This document shows positions 59,845 to 64,000 of a DNA stretch of 64,000 nt, piece by piece (position 1 is the stretch's first letter; the number at the start of each line of letters is the position of its first letter). This stretch comes from Amphiscolops sp. MND2022 (lineage: Eukaryota), in assembly GCA_964187785.1 (NCBI GenBank), contig OZ076409.1:5396001-5460000 (forward strand), read 5' to 3'. A model generated the notes under the pieces. That model was not told the origin of the DNA. It worked only from the letters and a program-made list of their open reading frames with translations, and did not search any database. The position numbers and the translations under genes were made by a program.

Positions 59845-61440
59845 TTACAGGTAGCGTCTGCACTGCCACAGACACTTTTTTGGTTACACGGTTACCCGGG
59901 TTACACGGTGCTAGTAAATCATTAAGAAGAGTGTTCATAAGTCCTATCCCACGAACAGGTGGCGACAGAGGGGTATCCATAAATGGTATCAGGTTGCTGC
60001 ATGCCATCATAGGTTGATGCTCCCATTGAGTCCCTTCCCTTGTTGTTTGTTGTCTCATGACACTTGTCGTAAAGGGTTGGTAGACAGAGTAAGGCCCTCC
60101 ACGCACAATGGCGTAGAGGTAGAGGCGCAAGCTCCAGGGTTTTCTATGGCGGCAATGTTCATTGCGAATATTTGGCTGCCACATGCATCATGTTCGCTTC
60201 AAATTCGGAGGCGATTATCGAGACTCCATCATAAAAAGAAACTGGAAAAGTCACTGGAAATCGTAATCAGCTCTGAGTAGATTGACTCCTGTCCAGATTC
60301 GAGGTACAATAGAGGACCCAATTTATATTTCCCAATTAGGACTTTCTTAGCAATCTTGCTTTGAGGAGCAAATGCGCCGTATCTTCTTCAATTTAGGAAC
60401 TAACATCACTGGCCCCACTTTCCTAACGTGGGGGTTTCCCGTTAACGTTGTCCGCGTGGTTGGTGATGCGGCGTAACCTCTCTTTGAAGTTTCTGATGAT
60501 TGGATTCTCAAGTCCCGGTCTCACCATAACTCATGTTCATCATAACAACAACTAAATCAATTTCACCTGCCTTTTAGGTTGTTTACTACCCATCTTTACC
60601 TCTTCTACTGAATCTCAAGTGAGTAATTAAACATTTGTTTCCAAGGTAATTCTCTACTATCCCCTACCATTCAGGTAATTTTGATGAATTATTAAGTTTT
60701 GCTAACTAACTAACTTAAATTAATTTTAATGTCCACATAATTTTGATCAATTTCTTTTTGCATTTTTTTTATCGCTCAATTTTCGTTGTCCAATTATGTC
60801 CAAATAGACATTGTACAGACAAATTAAAGTGTACTTCGCTGGCAGACTTGGTGCACTTTCTCATACGCATACATGTATACTCTATTTATCTCATTGCCAC
60901 GATCTCCAATTAACCATTGTAATTTTTTTACACCTCACTGTTCGTTATTAATCATTCATTGCTCTCGCTTTCATCACGTCCGTTCAATTTTTTCTTTGCC
61001 TCCGTCGCTACTCATCAAACTTTTTTTCCTATCTCTTTATTATGAAATCTTCTTTAATTCAGTTGTATTACTACATTACCTTTATTTATAAACCCTTTCA
61101 TTCGAGTTATAGTTGTAGTATATATTAGTTATTTTGTTTTCCGTATCATATTGGCTTAATTGTTTTCCCGATTGTCCTTCGGACAATACCTTTCATCCCT
61201 CACTCTTCCCAACGGATTGTTTTGTTTTGAACTTCTTTCAAAACAACATCTTTTGCTTCACTTCACCAGTTCGCATTGTTAACTTCCATTTCTGCTCATT
61301 TTGTTCTGCTCCAGTGCTACCTTGATTCCGCAGCGAAACGATAACTTCACTTCCGGCGATCTTTGCTACTTCCTGTTTTTGGGAAAGTTTCCATCTCACA
61401 TTTCCATGTTGTGAAGACACAGCTTTATTGATCTTCCACA

Positions 61441-63921
61441 CTAAAAACTTCCTCCATCAAAAATACACATTGTAATACACATGGAAAAGCTATTTTGGAC
61501 TTCCGGAAGCTTTTAAAGCGGCAAAATGGATTTTTTTCGCAGGAAGCGTTCCGCGTAAACTTATTCCATTTCGTTTAGATACTCCTTTTGAGAAGGCGTC
61601 TGAAATTTCTGAAATTTCGTCAACGGAAAACTAGCAGCAAGAAGCAGGAAGCTCTTAAGAAAGCCATACTTGCATTAACCCCCCAGTAGAACCTTCATGA
61701 TGACATTCCTGTCCAGTGGGAGTTCCGAAGAGGATGTGAATCAATACGCTCACAACTCTGTTTCCTCAATTGAGGCAACACAAGGCAAGTCATCATGTGA
61801 AGTGATTACTACAACCGATGTCACAGATTGTCTTACTTTCTCAATTTCCCCAACTAGGATCACTCTACCTCAGACAAAGTTGCCAATGCAAAGCGACATT
61901 CCAACATCCACTGAGGTCACAGCCAATGTCCCACAGGTTGAACCTGACGTCCTCCAATTAAGTGCTCTTGGAGTTGACCCACCTACCTCTTCCAACGCTG
62001 CTATCTTTCGTAACTCTTTCCAGGACAGTGTTTCGGATGTCCTTAGTTTGGGAGAGTGCACTAAATTGCCAGACCCGAACCCACTTTTCACTGAGATTTT
62101 CGAAAACCGTGTGGCAGTCACAGGGGAATCTGGTTTCACCGTGCTCCATCAACCACAGCAGCTCAGCGGTCAGGTTGATGATTTTGAAACTGATACTGCA
62201 GATGGGGACCAGTGTAATACAAACAGCAGACGTGCCAATACCGTTCTAAACACTCTTGACCCGATCCCTCGCCTCAGGCGTCTCTGTGGACCTTGCAGGT
62301 CTCTCCTGAAGAAATTATTTTGATGAGAATGAGCCTGTAACCCTTTCAAAAGATCACACCACTGTTGTCTTCAGTGAAAGCAAGTATATACTTTTATAAA
62401 ATTTGTGTGTGATGAGACAGCGCAGGCGTCTTTTGAGATGATGAGCGGGTTACTTCAAAGAGCTTCGAGGTTACCAACTGGTTCCACTATCCAATCTAGA
62501 CGGACAAGGCCTCGTTCTTCAAGTAGAGTTAGGGCAAGTAGAGTTAGGGCAGTTAGGGCATAGGCCCAGTAAGCAGTCACTCCAAAAGTGACACCAGTGG
62601 AGTCATCCAAACTGGGGAGAAAGATGTTAGTTTCCAGAGCAACAACAACGCTGAAGGCCCGACTGCCCTACGTTCAGCTTCTAGTCCCAAGATTGGTGTC
62701 CTGCAGTCAACAGAAGCTTCCGGCAGCAGCCAGTACTGAATAAATTCTCTTCAGAAAGTGGCACTCGGCGAGTTTTTTTATGATAAGAGTGGGGCTGAAT
62801 CCACAAGGACCGTTGGAGTTGGCGATTCTTTACCCAAAAGGCCAAGAATGAGCCAAACGGATAAAGATTTCAAGGTGGCTTTTTTCCACAAAGTTGAGTT
62901 GTCCCGAGTGTTTGTCTCAGGCCCTATAAACCCTCTAGAGCATCCTCTTATTTCTCTGCCAGATCTGCCAAAGGAATGTCTCCATGAGTTGGAGCTTGAG
63001 CTACGCAAGTTTTTTGATGAGGATTTGATGGAAATAAGGGATAAACACCACTTTTATGTGGACGTTAAGGCCTCTAGAGAAAACGTCACACCGAACAGCA
63101 GTCGAAATTACCCCCAGGCATGTCTAATTGGTGATTACTTGAGGCCAGGAGGTAATGTTGCATTACTCCGGAGCATCTGGACAAATGTTGAGACAATTAC
63201 CAATTACCAAAGTCGATTTGCTGATTTCGACTGGAGCGAAGAAGGCATGACTGTGAAAATCTGAAAAATTGATATTATATTTAAGCTGTTTTTACAGTTA
63301 GAGTTAAGTTTTGGTATAGCTATTAGTTTGACCATTCTATCACTTGGTTGTCTTCATGTGTCCACTTTATCATTGATTTTGATTTTTCGTTTCTTTAGGT
63401 TATCTTCCACCCTTGACCACTGGACAGTTTGTCTTAGAGAGTGAGACATCTGGTCGTTTCAAATTTGCCTACGTCCGTTTCTGGAAAAGTGACAGCCTCG
63501 TCAAGAAAGGCCTTCATATGTCGTTATGGTCTTGAAAGCACCCCTCTTGCAGGATATATGAAAGTGAGATCGCGCATTCTCTCAGTTGTATCAACCAAGC
63601 CCCACATGTGCAGCTCAGTTGTGTCAACCATGCTGCCCATGCGATTTCATCCAGGCTATAGATGAGTCAGGTTTATTTCGCCGCACCCTGCAGAAACCCT
63701 TCCGTTTCGAGACTGCCGATTTGCATTTTATCACGCATCGGGATTCCTACAGTGTGTTGAATCGCATTGACTTCTTCTCAGTATTGCAAGGACTGATTGT
63801 ATCCCTTGGAGGAAGTTTATACTATCCATGGACTTTGCATGGTCCCGAGTTGACTAAGGTATCGTATGGGTTTTGTCTGGTAATCCCTTTCTTTTTTGCA
63901 GGAGGTACTTTATCATCATGA
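61441..63921 (+). pseudogene. Antisense accessory gene(s) of the LTR element, fragmented; includes zinc-finger-like segment
   Basis: Successive + strand ORFs (61697-62323, 62758-63264, 63586-63921); KAAKWIFF motif shared with 27890; FLCQICQRNVSM at 62951 in the +1 frame. Confidence 0.5.
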
Positions 63922-64000
63922 TTTTAGGCCATCATTGTCTGCATATTTGACCTGCTTGCTCTCCCTCTTGTTTGTCACGAGCTAACGTCCCACTGATCTG

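Larger units (their letters stand above)
58344..64000 (-). mobile_element. Second, degenerate Gypsy-type LTR element related to 24792-32871 (3' LTR plus 3' internal region; runs off window)
   Basis: Homologous gag N-terminus within LTR, homologous junction ORF, shared motifs TTCGCTGGCAGACT and GCGGCAAAATGGATTT in the same order. Confidence 0.78.

Overview
AT-rich, repeat-dense animal genomic DNA, probably an invertebrate; species cannot be established from this window. One host gene is visible: a GABA-B-receptor-like class C GPCR on the + strand. Five exons covering TM2 to the C-tail lie between 20.1 and 46.0 kb, one intron appears to be GC-AG, and the last exon runs into a 200-N gap. Nearly everything else is mobile DNA. 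(1) The 5' end of a Ty3/Gypsy element at 1-1080. (2) Many Helentron/HINE-like non-autonomous repeats, some carrying a ~171-bp internal satellite, plus Tc1/mariner MITEs and a LINE relic. (3) A young, internally deleted 8.08-kb LTR retrotransposon (24792-32871) with 2182-bp near-identical LTRs and a GCCCC TSD, inside GPCR intron 2. (4) A decayed but nearly complete Polinton/Maverick (adintovirus-like) virus at ~46.2-56.3 kb: pPolB, major and minor capsid, integrase, protease, a candidate membrane-lytic protein and two packaging-type ATPases, one fused to zinc fingers. (5) A second, divergent LTR element from 58.3 kb to the window end. The most unusual signal is an architecture shared by the two large LTR elements: Gag starts hundreds of bases inside the LTR, a small conserved ORF crosses the 3'-LTR boundary where a polypurine tract should be, and an antisense accessory gene lies head-to-head with it around a conserved 14-mer.
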